DNA of 64,000 bases, from contig JACQOF010000003.1 of assembly GCA_016202645.1 (NCBI GenBank), positions 27,375 through 91,374 of the forward strand. Direction: 5' to 3'. The stretch is from a bacterium (lineage in GTDB: Bacteria; Lindowbacteria; 2-12-FULL-62-27). The stretch's first letter is position 1. Each line of letters opens with the position of its first letter. Positions 9,042 to 18,143 of the stretch are shown in pieces. The notes under the pieces were generated by a model, which did no database searches, was not told where the DNA came from, and worked only from the letters and a program-made list of their open reading frames with translations. Made by a program: the position numbers and the translations under genes.

Positions 9042-10468
9042 GCCTCCAGCCCCATCACCTTCAAACGGCGCATGCCCCCCAAGGCAAATCCGAGAGCGAG
9101 GATGGACAGGAGGGCCGCGCCGGGCAAGATACGTCTGCCCATGGACAAGACAGATTCTTCTCGGAACTCAAACGCCGGCAGAGCGTCCAAGTCTGACACC
9201 GTCACCAGTTCCTGTTTAAAAATCTTCGGTTCGAGAAGCTCCTTCATCCGCGCCTGATAGACCAGGGCCTGGTCTTCAAACCTGTTGTGCCTGGCGATAC
9301 CGGTTCCGGCGATGTCGTTTAATCCTTCCTGCAGAACCAGGGCCGGCGAAAGAAAGGCCATGCGGAGCTGGAGGGTTTGCCGACGGCGCAATTCGGACTC
9401 ATGGGCGTCGACCAGCGTGTTGAGCTCACGGTCGGTCAGTTTCTGCACGGCGAAATATTTATTGAAAAACTGTTTGAAGTCCGGAATGTCATGGCCTGGC
9501 TCAAGGTAGAACCGTTCCAGAACCTTGTCGCCGCCAGCGTTGATCCGATTGCCGACATCCCGTGCCGCGACGGCAAGATTCACCCGGGAGGGCGGAGGCG
9601 CCAGTATCCCCAGAAGCGTCCCCATCACCGATGGCAGAACCAAGACCAACGTCAACCAAGCTCCGGCCAGCACCGTCGCATTGTACACCGCCGACCGGCC
9701 CAGGCCGTTGACCCAAATGCTGAGCGACATCCAAAACGCCAGATAGGCCAGAAGCAGAAACAGGGTCAGTCCAAACTCGCCGGGGAATTTGGCCACGGAA
9801 ACGCCCGCGAGGAAAAGGCCGATCCCCAAAGACGACGCCGATACGCCCCAGAGGAGGAGCAATCGCGCCGCCGCTCTCGACAGCGCCAGATGCGCCAGGC
9901 CCGTTGTCTGGGACAAAACCAAGGGCAAAATTCCCCGGTCCCGGTCGCCGGCGACGATCCCAAAACCCAGCGCGAGGGCCAGGAGGGGGAGAAGGTAGAC
10001 CATCACAAAAGCGGCGTCAAACCCTCCCACCTGGAGATTCAAGGGATTTTCGATGTCCTGGGAAAAATAATTCCGGCCCTCCCAGAATTGGGCCCGGTTC
10101 AACAGGTTCAGCCGCGCCACTCCGTTCAACAAGTCGCTCTGGCCGATGGACAACGGCGCAAGGGGCGCCGGCGGAAGAACCGCCTGCCGGCTGCCCGAAT
10201 ACAACGAAAAAACTGACGTGGTGCGGGGGTCGTCCTCTCCCGGAGGCAATTTCTCCCGGCCGGTTTCCAGGGATTCAAACCGCGCGCGAGTGTTGGCAAA
10301 TTTTTCCGCGTCTTTCGCCATCAGAAACCGGCCTTGTTTGTCCAAACGTTCCGATGCGGTCTGTCCTCCAAACACGCCCACAATCAGGAGGACAGCGGCC
10401 GCGGCGAGAGCCGGAATCGTGGCGGCTTCTCGCCATGTCCGTTTCAGTTCAATCCGAAAGAGCCGCAT
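9038..10468 (-). CDS. ABC-2 type transporter permease (DUF3526-like)
   Basis: 476 aa with an N-terminal TM helix, a large periplasmic loop and a C-terminal cluster of about five TM helices. Its start overlaps the PepSY gene stop by ATGA. Confidence 0.55.
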   Translation of the reverse strand: MRLFRIELKRTWREAATIPALAAAAVLLIVGVFGGQTASERLDKQGRFLMAKDAEKFANTRARFESLETGREKLPPGEDDPRTTSVFSLYSGSRQAVLPPAPLAPLSIGQSDLLNGVARLNLLNRAQFWEGRNYFSQDIENPLNLQVGGFDAAFVMVYLLPLLALALGFGIVAGDRDRGILPLVLSQTTGLAHLALSRAAARLLLLWGVSASSLGIGLFLAGVSVAKFPGEFGLTLFLLLAYLAFWMSLSIWVNGLGRSAVYNATVLAGAWLTLVLVLPSVMGTLLGILAPPPSRVNLAVAARDVGNRINAGGDKVLERFYLEPGHDIPDFKQFFNKYFAVQKLTDRELNTLVDAHESELRRRQTLQLRMAFLSPALVLQEGLNDIAGTGIARHNRFEDQALVYQARMKELLEPKIFKQELVTVSDLDALPAFEFREESVLSMGRRILPGAALLSILALGFALGGMRRLKVMGLEA

Positions 10469-10478
10469 CGGTTGGCGA

Positions 10479-11894
10479 TCAGTCGACGTTCAAACGGCGC
10501 GCGGAGTTTCGCATGAACCAGAGGCCCGCCATCAGCCATGCCGAGAGCATCGCCAGGGACCTCCAAGCCTGGCCGATCGCATGATCGACCCCGAACGATG
10601 GATACTCAAACGCCGGCATGGACGCCCAGAGATCCGGCCCGCCGCGGTAATCCGAGTCCCATTTTTCCTGGCGTTTGGCGTTCCGGAGGACATCATCATT
10701 CAAGCGCCGAATAAAAGCGCGGCGATACTGTTCCGCCTTGAAGGCGAAATCCCGATGGACCGACAGATCCGTGCCGGCCAACGCCATGGACGCCAGGCGC
10801 AAAGGCTGGAGGGGTGATGCCAGACCCGTAACCAAGTGCAGATCCCTCTGTCTTTCGAGAATGCCGAAGAGTTCCGAAAATCTCCTGTCAAAAATCTGGT
10901 CTCCGTGCCGTTCTCCCTCGATGAGACGAATTCCGCTGAAGGACACCGGCAACTCCTCGATCGTCTTGGCCCCGTAGAGCCGGAGTGCGTTTGCCTTGTC
11001 CAATTTCATTGAATCCGGCCTCTGGGTTTCTTTTGAGATCTGATCGGAAAATTCCGCGGCGAGGGGCGTTGGGGAGACCGCCTTGGACAGCGCCACGGCG
11101 AATCGCGGCACAAGAACGCAGGCGGCGAGCCATATTCCCAGCAACGCGAGCAGGGTGTTCCGTGGTTTGGTCATCCTCGCCGAAACTCCCAAAACCACGG
11201 CAATCCAGAAAGCGATATAGAACGCGTAGGCGAGACTGAGCCACCCCAGACGCAGGAGAACGTCCATACGGGTGCCAGGCTCGGCCAGAAACAGGGACGC
11301 GGCGATGGCCGCGGTCCAGGGCAGAATCGTCCAGACCAGCAACGCGCGAAGGAATCCCATCCATTTCCCCCACGCCAGAATTTCCGGAGAGACTCCCTGA
11401 CTCAACGCCAATTTCAGCACGCGGCTCTCCCGTTCGCCAGAGAACGACGCGTAAGAAAGGAAGATAATCAGCAGCGGCGCGATGACCTGCAAAATAAACG
11501 CGGGACTCAATTCTCCGAACCTCTGCATCACGCCGGCGTCCATGGCCGGGCGGTATTTGAAGTCATTCTGTTTGTGAGCTTCGAGCCACACGGTGGCCCC
11601 GACCCAAGGCTCGATGCCGCGGTCAAAGACGGCCAGGGCCTGCGCGGGCTTGAAGGCGTAGACTCCGTAATGAGCGGCGCTGTGCGGGTTCTTGATACCC
11701 TGTTCCAGAAACTGCCGGCGATTGTCGGCCCATGCCGCGGAGCGTTCCTGGCCCAGCCGGAGGGCATACCGGCCGCCGGCGAAGGCCGACGCGAGGGTCA
11801 GGATTAGGAAGACCCACCCCAGAACGCGGGCGCGCCCGTCTCTTCTTAACGATTCGCCCTCGCGGGCGGCGATGACGCGCAGGATTACCGGCAC
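10479..11894 (-). CDS. ABC-2 type transporter permease (paralog of the preceding gene)
   Basis: 471 aa with the same architecture as the neighbouring permease. It lies directly downstream of the ABC ATPase. Confidence 0.55.
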   Translation of the reverse strand: MPVILRVIAAREGESLRRDGRARVLGWVFLILTLASAFAGGRYALRLGQERSAAWADNRRQFLEQGIKNPHSAAHYGVYAFKPAQALAVFDRGIEPWVGATVWLEAHKQNDFKYRPAMDAGVMQRFGELSPAFILQVIAPLLIIFLSYASFSGERESRVLKLALSQGVSPEILAWGKWMGFLRALLVWTILPWTAAIAASLFLAEPGTRMDVLLRLGWLSLAYAFYIAFWIAVVLGVSARMTKPRNTLLALLGIWLAACVLVPRFAVALSKAVSPTPLAAEFSDQISKETQRPDSMKLDKANALRLYGAKTIEELPVSFSGIRLIEGERHGDQIFDRRFSELFGILERQRDLHLVTGLASPLQPLRLASMALAGTDLSVHRDFAFKAEQYRRAFIRRLNDDVLRNAKRQEKWDSDYRGGPDLWASMPAFEYPSFGVDHAIGQAWRSLAMLSAWLMAGLWFMRNSARRLNVD

Positions 11895-11895
11895 T

Positions 11896-12597
11896 TCAGT
11901 TCGCCATGTGATCGAGATAGATTTTTTCCAATTCGGAATGCCCGAGTTTCTCGGTATCGAGGACGGTGTTCATCTTTCCCTCCCGCATGATTCCCACGCG
12001 GTGTCCGCTTTCCTTGGCCCTGAAGAGGTCGTGCGTGGCCATCAGGACCGCGATTCCCTGATCGCCGAGTTTCCGGAGCAGGAGGCTAAACTCGTTGCTC
12101 GCCTTGGGATCAAGGCCGGATGTGGGCTCGTCCAACATGAGCGCCCGCGCGCGCTTGCTGAGCGCCAGCGCGATCCCGACTTTCTGACGCATGCCTTTGC
12201 TGTACGTGCCGACGGGCCGCCCGTGTGCCTCGTCCTGCAGTCCCGCGTCCCGCAGAAAAGCGCTTAAGTCACCCGGGGCGTAGTCGAATCCGGCCAAGGC
12301 GCTGAAGTATCCAAGATTTTCCGTGCCGGTCATCGAGGAATAAAAATTCACCTGTTCCGGAATATAGGCGATGAGCCGCCGCGCCTCCAGAGGGTTCTTT
12401 GCCACCTCGCGCCCGTCGACGAAGGCCTGGCCGCCGGTGGGTTCGACAAAATGGAGGAACAGATGGATGGTCGTGGTTTTCCCGGCGCCGTTTGCGCCCA
12501 GGAGACAGAACACTTCCCCTTCCTTGACCTTGAGATCCAATCCATCCAACGCGAGCACGTCGCCGTACCGTTTTGTTAGGCTTTTAGCTTCGAGCAT
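11896..12597 (-). CDS. ABC transporter ATP-binding protein
   Basis: Walker A GANGAGKTT, signature motif YSKGMRQKVGIA and Walker B LMLDEPTSGLD are all present. Confidence 0.9.
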   Translation of the reverse strand: MLEAKSLTKRYGDVLALDGLDLKVKEGEVFCLLGANGAGKTTTIHLFLHFVEPTGGQAFVDGREVAKNPLEARRLIAYIPEQVNFYSSMTGTENLGYFSALAGFDYAPGDLSAFLRDAGLQDEAHGRPVGTYSKGMRQKVGIALALSKRARALMLDEPTSGLDPKASNEFSLLLRKLGDQGIAVLMATHDLFRAKESGHRVGIMREGKMNTVLDTEKLGHSELEKIYLDHMAN

Positions 12598-12606
12598 GCG
12601 AATTCC

Positions 12607-14544
12607 TCATTTCTTCCACGTGTAGGTCAGCCAATGGCTCCGCTGCTGATGGGCAGCCCCGGTGGATTCGACGTTGACTTCATCAAACAGGTTTTCCGTC
12701 CGGAAACTCCATTCGCCGGCGCGACCGCCGAAGGGCCGGTAGTTGAAAATGAGATCGGTGATCGTCGCCTGGGCCAGTTTGTCCGTCGACGTGTTCGAAT
12801 TCCAGCGTTTCCCGATGAACCGGACGACGGAAACCACGTCCAAGGCGTCGCTGATGGCGTAGCGCACCGTGGCGGTGGCTTTCTTGTCCGCGGCTTTGTC
12901 AAATTCTCCCTGAACCACCGTTCCCGTATCCTCAATGTTAGACTGCGTGAACGTCGCGGTGAGCCCGACCGAAAGGCGGCGGGTCAGATCGTAATTTCCC
13001 TCTATATCAAACCCTTGGGTCACGGCCCTGTTCGCGTTCAAATTCGGTCCTGTGGGGTTTCCCGTTGCGAACTGCCGGACGATGAGCTGGTTGTACCGGG
13101 TCTTGAAGTACGTGACGTCCCCGCGAAATTTGTTGTCCGGGGAGGAATACTCAACCCCGACGTCCCATCCCTTTGAGAATTCCGGCTTCAGGCGGGAGTT
13201 TCCGGATACGCCCGGGAAAATGAGATCAAAAATCGTGGGATCGCGGAATCCGGTTCCAAACGACCCGTGAAACCGCGTCTGCTCGTCGATTGGACGGGAA
13301 GCCGACGTCCGGAACGTCCGGGCCACCAACTTCGGCAAATAGGCGATTCCGCTGTCCGGCATAATGTGATCTGTCCGGCCTCCGAGGGTCAGCGTCCACC
13401 CTTTCCAGTCCACCAAGTCCTGCATGTACATCGACCGTTTCACGATGGTCTGGGCGTAGGGCGTGGCTCGTTTGACGTCCTTGCCCACGTCGATCTCTCC
13501 CGCCCAGCCGAAAGTCAACGTGTGATCTTTGACGCGGTAGTTATTCTGGAAATCGATCGTGGACGTATGGTTAATACGGGTGAGGTTGCTGGATCCTTTT
13601 GGGTTCCCGAAATCAGTATTTTCCAGTCTCTCCTCATAGTACCCATACATCATGGAATAATCCCAGCGGTCAGTGACCGCCCGGGAGAGCTTGATTGAGC
13701 TTGTGATCTGATCCATGTACGAAAAGATTTTCGTGGTGTCGGCGCCGCCGAAGATGTCGAGGCCCGCCACCATGTTCACATAGGAGACGGACGCGTTCAG
13801 GTCATGATCGTAGAAAGGCAGGGGGTAGGAGACCGACGCCGACATGTTCTTGGTCAGGAACAAGTCATTTTCCAGTCCCGAGCTGTCCGTATTCCCGGAA
13901 TTCCCGGAGGACGAGTAGCCATCGCTGTTTTCATAGTAAGCGCTCAAGGTATATCTGGCTTCGCCGGCCGATCCCCGGAGCCCCAAGGAAGACCTCCGTG
14001 TCCTCCAACTACCCACTTCCATCATGGCATCCATCGAAGGTTTTACGGTCCCGCGTTTGGTGATGATATTGATCACGCCGGACATTGCGTTGGATCCATA
14101 GAGCGTGCTCATGTTTCCGCGGACGATTTCAATCCGCTCGATATTCTCGACCGAAAAGGACGGTATCATGGCGTCGCCGCCAAGAGCGCGGCGCCACGGC
14201 ACGCCGTCGACGAGAGTCAGCACATGCTTTTGGTTGCCTCCCCGGAGACTAAAATTGGTCTGCGTGCCGGGACTGCCAAACCGGGTGACGTCGACGTACG
14301 CCGACCTGCGCAGGACGTCCTGAATCGACCTCGATTTTTGCATTTCAATATCCTTGGCCGTAATCACCGTCACCGCCGCGCCGACTTTGTCCCTGGACAC
14401 CGGCACGCGGGACGCTGTAACGACAACTTCAGGCAGGCCATAGGCCTCCTCTTCGGGTTCGACTGCCCGACTTGCGGCCGGGAAGAGCACCGCGCACCCC
14501 AGCGCCACGAGGGGCGCAATCCATTTTGCTCTAAAAAAGTTCAT
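12607..14544 (-). CDS. TonB-dependent outer-membrane receptor (BtuB/heme-receptor-like)
   Basis: A signal peptide is followed by a plug domain with TonB-box-like PEVVVTASR. The C-terminus ends in the aromatic residues LTYTWKK typical of the barrel. The start MNFFRAKW was chosen because it overlaps the tonB stop by ATGA. Confidence 0.85.
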   Translation of the reverse strand: MNFFRAKWIAPLVALGCAVLFPAASRAVEPEEEAYGLPEVVVTASRVPVSRDKVGAAVTVITAKDIEMQKSRSIQDVLRRSAYVDVTRFGSPGTQTNFSLRGGNQKHVLTLVDGVPWRRALGGDAMIPSFSVENIERIEIVRGNMSTLYGSNAMSGVINIITKRGTVKPSMDAMMEVGSWRTRRSSLGLRGSAGEARYTLSAYYENSDGYSSSGNSGNTDSSGLENDLFLTKNMSASVSYPLPFYDHDLNASVSYVNMVAGLDIFGGADTTKIFSYMDQITSSIKLSRAVTDRWDYSMMYGYYEERLENTDFGNPKGSSNLTRINHTSTIDFQNNYRVKDHTLTFGWAGEIDVGKDVKRATPYAQTIVKRSMYMQDLVDWKGWTLTLGGRTDHIMPDSGIAYLPKLVARTFRTSASRPIDEQTRFHGSFGTGFRDPTIFDLIFPGVSGNSRLKPEFSKGWDVGVEYSSPDNKFRGDVTYFKTRYNQLIVRQFATGNPTGPNLNANRAVTQGFDIEGNYDLTRRLSVGLTATFTQSNIEDTGTVVQGEFDKAADKKATATVRYAISDALDVVSVVRFIGKRWNSNTSTDKLAQATITDLIFNYRPFGGRAGEWSFRTENLFDEVNVESTGAAHQQRSHWLTYTWKK

Positions 14545-15323
14545 TCGACGTTCACTCCTTTGTTCAAACTGAATCGGATGGGTACCAAGCATTCGCTGGT
14601 TATCTCGACCGGCCCTCTCCGGGCCGGGATAAATTTCCATTGTTTCACGGCGCGCTGCGCCGCGAGGTCCAAAATCCGGTAACCGCTGCTGACATCGACG
14701 GTCACAGCCATCGCCTCTCCTTTTTCCGAAACCGCAACCCGCAAGATCACCCGGCCCTCGTACCATGACCGCTGGGCGGCCAGGGGGTACTCGGGTTTGG
14801 GATTGTTCAAATAGGCGGGCGCGGACGAAACGTGTATTTCTTGGGCCTCACTCAACTGCATCCCCGTTGCCGGCGCCGGATCCGATACGGCCGTCGGCGC
14901 ATCTTCGGTCATTTTTTCCTGGACGGGTTCCGTCGCCGGTTCCCGGATCGGTTCCTGCACAGGTTCCGGGGGGATTTGTTCGACTTCCATCACCAACATT
15001 GCCGGGACTTCCGGGACCGGCGGTTCGGCCGGCGGGATTTCCACCGGGTTGACGGCCTCCTCCACGACGGCCGGAAGAGGCTCCGGCCTGGGTTTGGGAA
15101 CGGGCTTTTTCCGCGGGAGCACAACCGGCGTGGCGACAAGTTGGAGGGACATGCGTCCAACGGCGCTTTCCATCGGAATTTGGACAGGTGAAAACGGCCA
15201 GAACCAGAACAACAAAAAGGCGTGGAACCCCGCGGAGATCACCGTCGCCGTCCACATGGCGCCGGGCGGCTGATACAAAGGGACGGCGCGGCCGCGTCCG
15301 TTGGCATGCAGAACTTCGATCAT
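14541..15323 (-). CDS. tonB: energy transducer TonB
   Basis: N-terminal TM helix, a Pro-rich spacer (PVPKPRPEPLP, EPPVPEVP) and a C-terminal TonB domain. It lies downstream of exbB-exbD. Confidence 0.8.
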   Translation of the reverse strand: MIEVLHANGRGRAVPLYQPPGAMWTATVISAGFHAFLLFWFWPFSPVQIPMESAVGRMSLQLVATPVVLPRKKPVPKPRPEPLPAVVEEAVNPVEIPPAEPPVPEVPAMLVMEVEQIPPEPVQEPIREPATEPVQEKMTEDAPTAVSDPAPATGMQLSEAQEIHVSSAPAYLNNPKPEYPLAAQRSWYEGRVILRVAVSEKGEAMAVTVDVSSGYRILDLAAQRAVKQWKFIPARRGPVEITSECLVPIRFSLNKGVNVE

Positions 15324-15324
15324 G

Positions 15325-15750
15325 TCAGCGTTTCACCGTCGTTTCCAGGGAAATGCGGACCAGCCCCGCCGTCCGGCAGGCGTCCAGAACTTCAATGACA
15401 ATCCCGTAGTCCGCCGCCCGGTCGGCGTCAACGTAGACTTCCTCCGTATTCGGCTCGGCCGACCGATAAGCGGTGATGCGCCGCAGGAGGTCATTTTTGT
15501 CGACCCGGACCCGGTTCATATAAATTTCCCCGGCGGACGTGACCGTAAACGTCAGGAGGTCCTTTTTTTCCTTGATGGACGTCAGAGCCTGCGGCAGTTC
15601 CACTTTGATCCCGCGGTGGACCGTCATCGTGAGCATGCTGTAGATCAGCACCGTCAGAATCAGAAAGATGGTGTCGATCATCGGGATCATGTCGATGCGC
15701 GCTTCGCGGGCCTCCAAGTGCGCTCCAAAGAACCTCCGCCGGATTTTCAC
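15325..15750 (-). CDS. exbD: biopolymer transport protein ExbD/TolR
   Basis: 141 aa with the characteristic N-terminal IDMIPMIDTIFLIL and a single TM helix. Confidence 0.85.
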   Translation of the reverse strand: MKIRRRFFGAHLEAREARIDMIPMIDTIFLILTVLIYSMLTMTVHRGIKVELPQALTSIKEKKDLLTFTVTSAGEIYMNRVRVDKNDLLRRITAYRSAEPNTEEVYVDADRAADYGIVIEVLDACRTAGLVRISLETTVKR

Positions 15751-16385
15751 GCCGCTTCCGTCTTTCCAATGCGGGTTCGATTCTCCTCCGACTCATGGAT
15801 GGCGATTTCCATGTTCGACAAGGCGGATTCCATGCGGTGCCGGGCGCGCGTAACCTGGGACTGAAAGAAGTTGTAGAAGATGAGGGTTGGCATGGCGATG
15901 GCAAGGCCGAAAACAGTCGTGATGAGGGCCTGGGAAACGCCCGACGCCACCTGGCTGACGTTGTCGACGTTGCCGCCGAGGGCGTCGAAGGCGAAAACGA
16001 TTCCGACAACGGTGCCGAATATTCCCAGGAGCGGCGAGAGGGAGATGATGGTTTCGAAGACCGTCAAATATTTTTTCATGAGGATATACCGTTCCGAGGA
16101 CGCCTGATCGAGCGCCACAAAGAGGCTCGTGTGCGGCCCGCCGGCCCGGAGGCCTTCGTGGAACATGGAAAGCACGTAGTCCCTCCCCCCGGCACAGACC
16201 TTGAGCGCCTCCTCCCGCCGGCCGTCTCCGACCAGTTGGAGCGCGCGGCTGACCGCATCGGGCTGTTCCCGGCGCCAGATGCGGATCCAGAACCAGATCC
16301 GTTCCAGGGCGAAGGCCAGCGACAGGAGCGAACACATGAGCAGGGGCCACATCACCGGCCCCCCTCTTTGGAAATACTCGATCAT
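15747..16385 (-). CDS. exbB: biopolymer transport protein ExbB/TolQ
   Basis: MotA/TolQ/ExbB family with three TM helices and the ALITTVFGLAIAMP motif. The start was set at the second ATG (MIEYFQ) because the first ATG lies inside a promoter/operator palindrome. Confidence 0.8.
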   Translation of the reverse strand: MIEYFQRGGPVMWPLLMCSLLSLAFALERIWFWIRIWRREQPDAVSRALQLVGDGRREEALKVCAGGRDYVLSMFHEGLRAGGPHTSLFVALDQASSERYILMKKYLTVFETIISLSPLLGIFGTVVGIVFAFDALGGNVDNVSQVASGVSQALITTVFGLAIAMPTLIFYNFFQSQVTRARHRMESALSNMEIAIHESEENRTRIGKTEAA

Positions 16386-16399
16386 CCTCTTCCGCCTTT

Positions 16400-16480
16400 C
16401 GTCAAACAGTAAATTGCAATATACTCGCATTTTCATCGCCCGGTGTCAACTAAAATGCGAGTTCTTTGCAAGAGCCGCAA
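16400..16480 (-). promoter_or_regulatory. candidate promoter (TTGACA -35) with two inverted copies of a 20-bp operator-like motif, TTGCAA-N5-CTCGCATTTT
   Basis: Plus 16414-16433 reads TTGCAATATACTCGCATTTT. Plus 16452-16471 reads AAAATGCGAGTTCTTTGCAA, the reverse complement of the same motif differing only in the central 5 nt. A third half-site-like repeat, GCAATCTCGCAAT, lies just beyond. A TTGACA hexamer sits on the minus strand between the two copies. Confidence 0.35.
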
Positions 16481-16580
16481 TCTCGCAATAATATCGGCGC
16501 CCGGATAGGCTTCGAATTGGGGTTGGTGGGTTATTTGCGGGTGTATTTGGAGACGTCGCCGACCATTTTGGCGGTCTGCG

Positions 16581-17384
16581 CTACACCAGCAGGGCGAGTC
16601 CCAAGGCGGCGCAGTAGAGGGCGAAGTAGTGGAATTTGGCGGACTGAAGGATTTTGAGCAGGACCCGGATGGCCAGGACGCCGACCGCGCCCGCCACCGC
16701 CGCGGAACCCGCGTAGAGCGCGAGATTCACGCCCGATCCGAGTTCCCCGGCGATGTCGCGGGCCTCCAGGAGTGTCGCTCCGAGGATGGCCGGGATGAAG
16801 AGCAGGAAAGAAAACCTTGCTGCCAAGTCCGGGCGGAGGCCGAGGATCAGCGCGGCGGAAATCGTCGCGCCCGACCGGGACACGCCTGGAAAGATTGCAG
16901 CGCCTTGTAGAAGGCCGATGAATACCGCATCCCAAATTCCCATTTGAGCGAGGGACCGGTCCCGGGTTTTCCGAAAGACCGTCGCACCCATGATGAGTCC
17001 TCCCGCTAGAAATCCGAAGGCCACCGCGCGCAGGTCGGAAAACGCCGCTTCGACCGCCGATTTCAAACCGAAGCCGATTGCCGCCGTGGGGACGCAGGCG
17101 ATCAGGATGAGCAGAAGCAATTTTCCCGGCGAGTCGGAGCGCCAGTCCGCTTTCAGCCACCGGCCGGGGTGGACCAGTTCGCCGGCCATGTCCGCAACGT
17201 CCCGCCGGTAGACCGCGAGAACCGCAACCAGCGTTCCGAGATGGAGAACGATGTCGAACGCGAGAGGCGGGTTGGAGAATCCGAGCCACACCTGCGCGAC
17301 GGCCAGGTGCCCGGATGAACTCACGGGCAGGAATTCGGTGACGCCCTGGATGACAGCCAGGACCAAGGCGATCCAGAGTGTCAT
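16581..17384 (-). CDS. uppP: undecaprenyl-diphosphate phosphatase
   Basis: 267 aa polytopic membrane protein with BacA/UppP motifs VSSSGHL and PGVSRSG. Confidence 0.9.
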   Translation of the reverse strand: MTLWIALVLAVIQGVTEFLPVSSSGHLAVAQVWLGFSNPPLAFDIVLHLGTLVAVLAVYRRDVADMAGELVHPGRWLKADWRSDSPGKLLLLILIACVPTAAIGFGLKSAVEAAFSDLRAVAFGFLAGGLIMGATVFRKTRDRSLAQMGIWDAVFIGLLQGAAIFPGVSRSGATISAALILGLRPDLAARFSFLLFIPAILGATLLEARDIAGELGSGVNLALYAGSAAVAGAVGVLAIRVLLKILQSAKFHYFALYCAALGLALLV

Positions 17385-17400
17385 GAGATTTGGATCATCC

Positions 17401-18057
17401 TCAGGATGTCTTGAGACTCACGGCAACGCCATCCCGGACCGGGACGATGGTCGTGACGAATCGCTTGTCGGCCAGAATCAGGTCGGTGTATCGTTTGACG
17501 CCCAGGGTACTCTTCTCCGTGTTCTTCATGTCGATGACCCTTCCGTCCCAGAGGAGATTGTCCACGATAACCAGCGCGCCCGGGTTGAGACGGTCTTTGA
17601 AGGCTTCATATCCCGCCGGGTATTGCTCCTTGTCGATGTCCATGAAGAGGATGTCCGGCGTCACGCCGCTTTTTTTGAAAGCCTCGACCGCATCGCCTTC
17701 GTGAAACCGGACCCGGTCGATCACGCCCGCGCACGTCAGGTACTCCCGAGCTTTGGTTCTGTTTTCTCCGGAAAGGTCGGTGTGATGGACCACGCCTTCC
17801 GGCCCCATCGCCCGCGCAAACCAGAGGGTCGAATACCCGTACCCGGATCCGAGTTCAAAGACCGTTTTGGCCCTGGACAAAAGCGTGAGCACCTGCAGGA
17901 GCCGCCCGACCTGTGGTCCGACGATCGGAAAATCCTTTTCGATCCCGACCGCCTCCATTTCAAGCAGCACCTCGTCGTCCTTCGAGACCGCAAGCTGTGT
18001 CAGGTACGCGTCAATGTAGGGGTTGATGATGTCCATCCGGATCATCCCATCGGCCAT
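17401..18057 (-). CDS. class I SAM-dependent O-methyltransferase (caffeoyl-CoA OMT family)
   Basis: SAM-binding motif VFELGSGYGYST followed by the OMT-family DMDK/FMDIDKE acidic motif. Confidence 0.8.
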   Translation of the reverse strand: MADGMIRMDIINPYIDAYLTQLAVSKDDEVLLEMEAVGIEKDFPIVGPQVGRLLQVLTLLSRAKTVFELGSGYGYSTLWFARAMGPEGVVHHTDLSGENRTKAREYLTCAGVIDRVRFHEGDAVEAFKKSGVTPDILFMDIDKEQYPAGYEAFKDRLNPGALVIVDNLLWDGRVIDMKNTEKSTLGVKRYTDLILADKRFVTTIVPVRDGVAVSLKTS

Positions 18058-18143
18058 GGGCTATTGCCTTAGCAGGAAACCGTTCAAAATTCCATCATAA
18101 CCCCGGATTTTGAAAGTTCATCAACCTTTGGTATAGTGCGGGC

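Noticed and set aside
12371-12625. 84-aa plus-strand ORF and other small ORFs inside the ABC ATPase gene
   Set aside because: They lie antisense to a gene with Walker A, signature and Walker B motifs.
14545-14766. Expected a cobalamin riboswitch or other leader upstream of the TonB-dependent receptor, because the longest ORF begins at 14766
   Set aside because: The receptor most plausibly starts at the internal MNFFRAKW (14544). This ATG overlaps the tonB stop by ATGA, and the 14545-14766 interval is the 3' end of tonB. No B12-box-like sequence was seen there or in the 16437-16580 gap.
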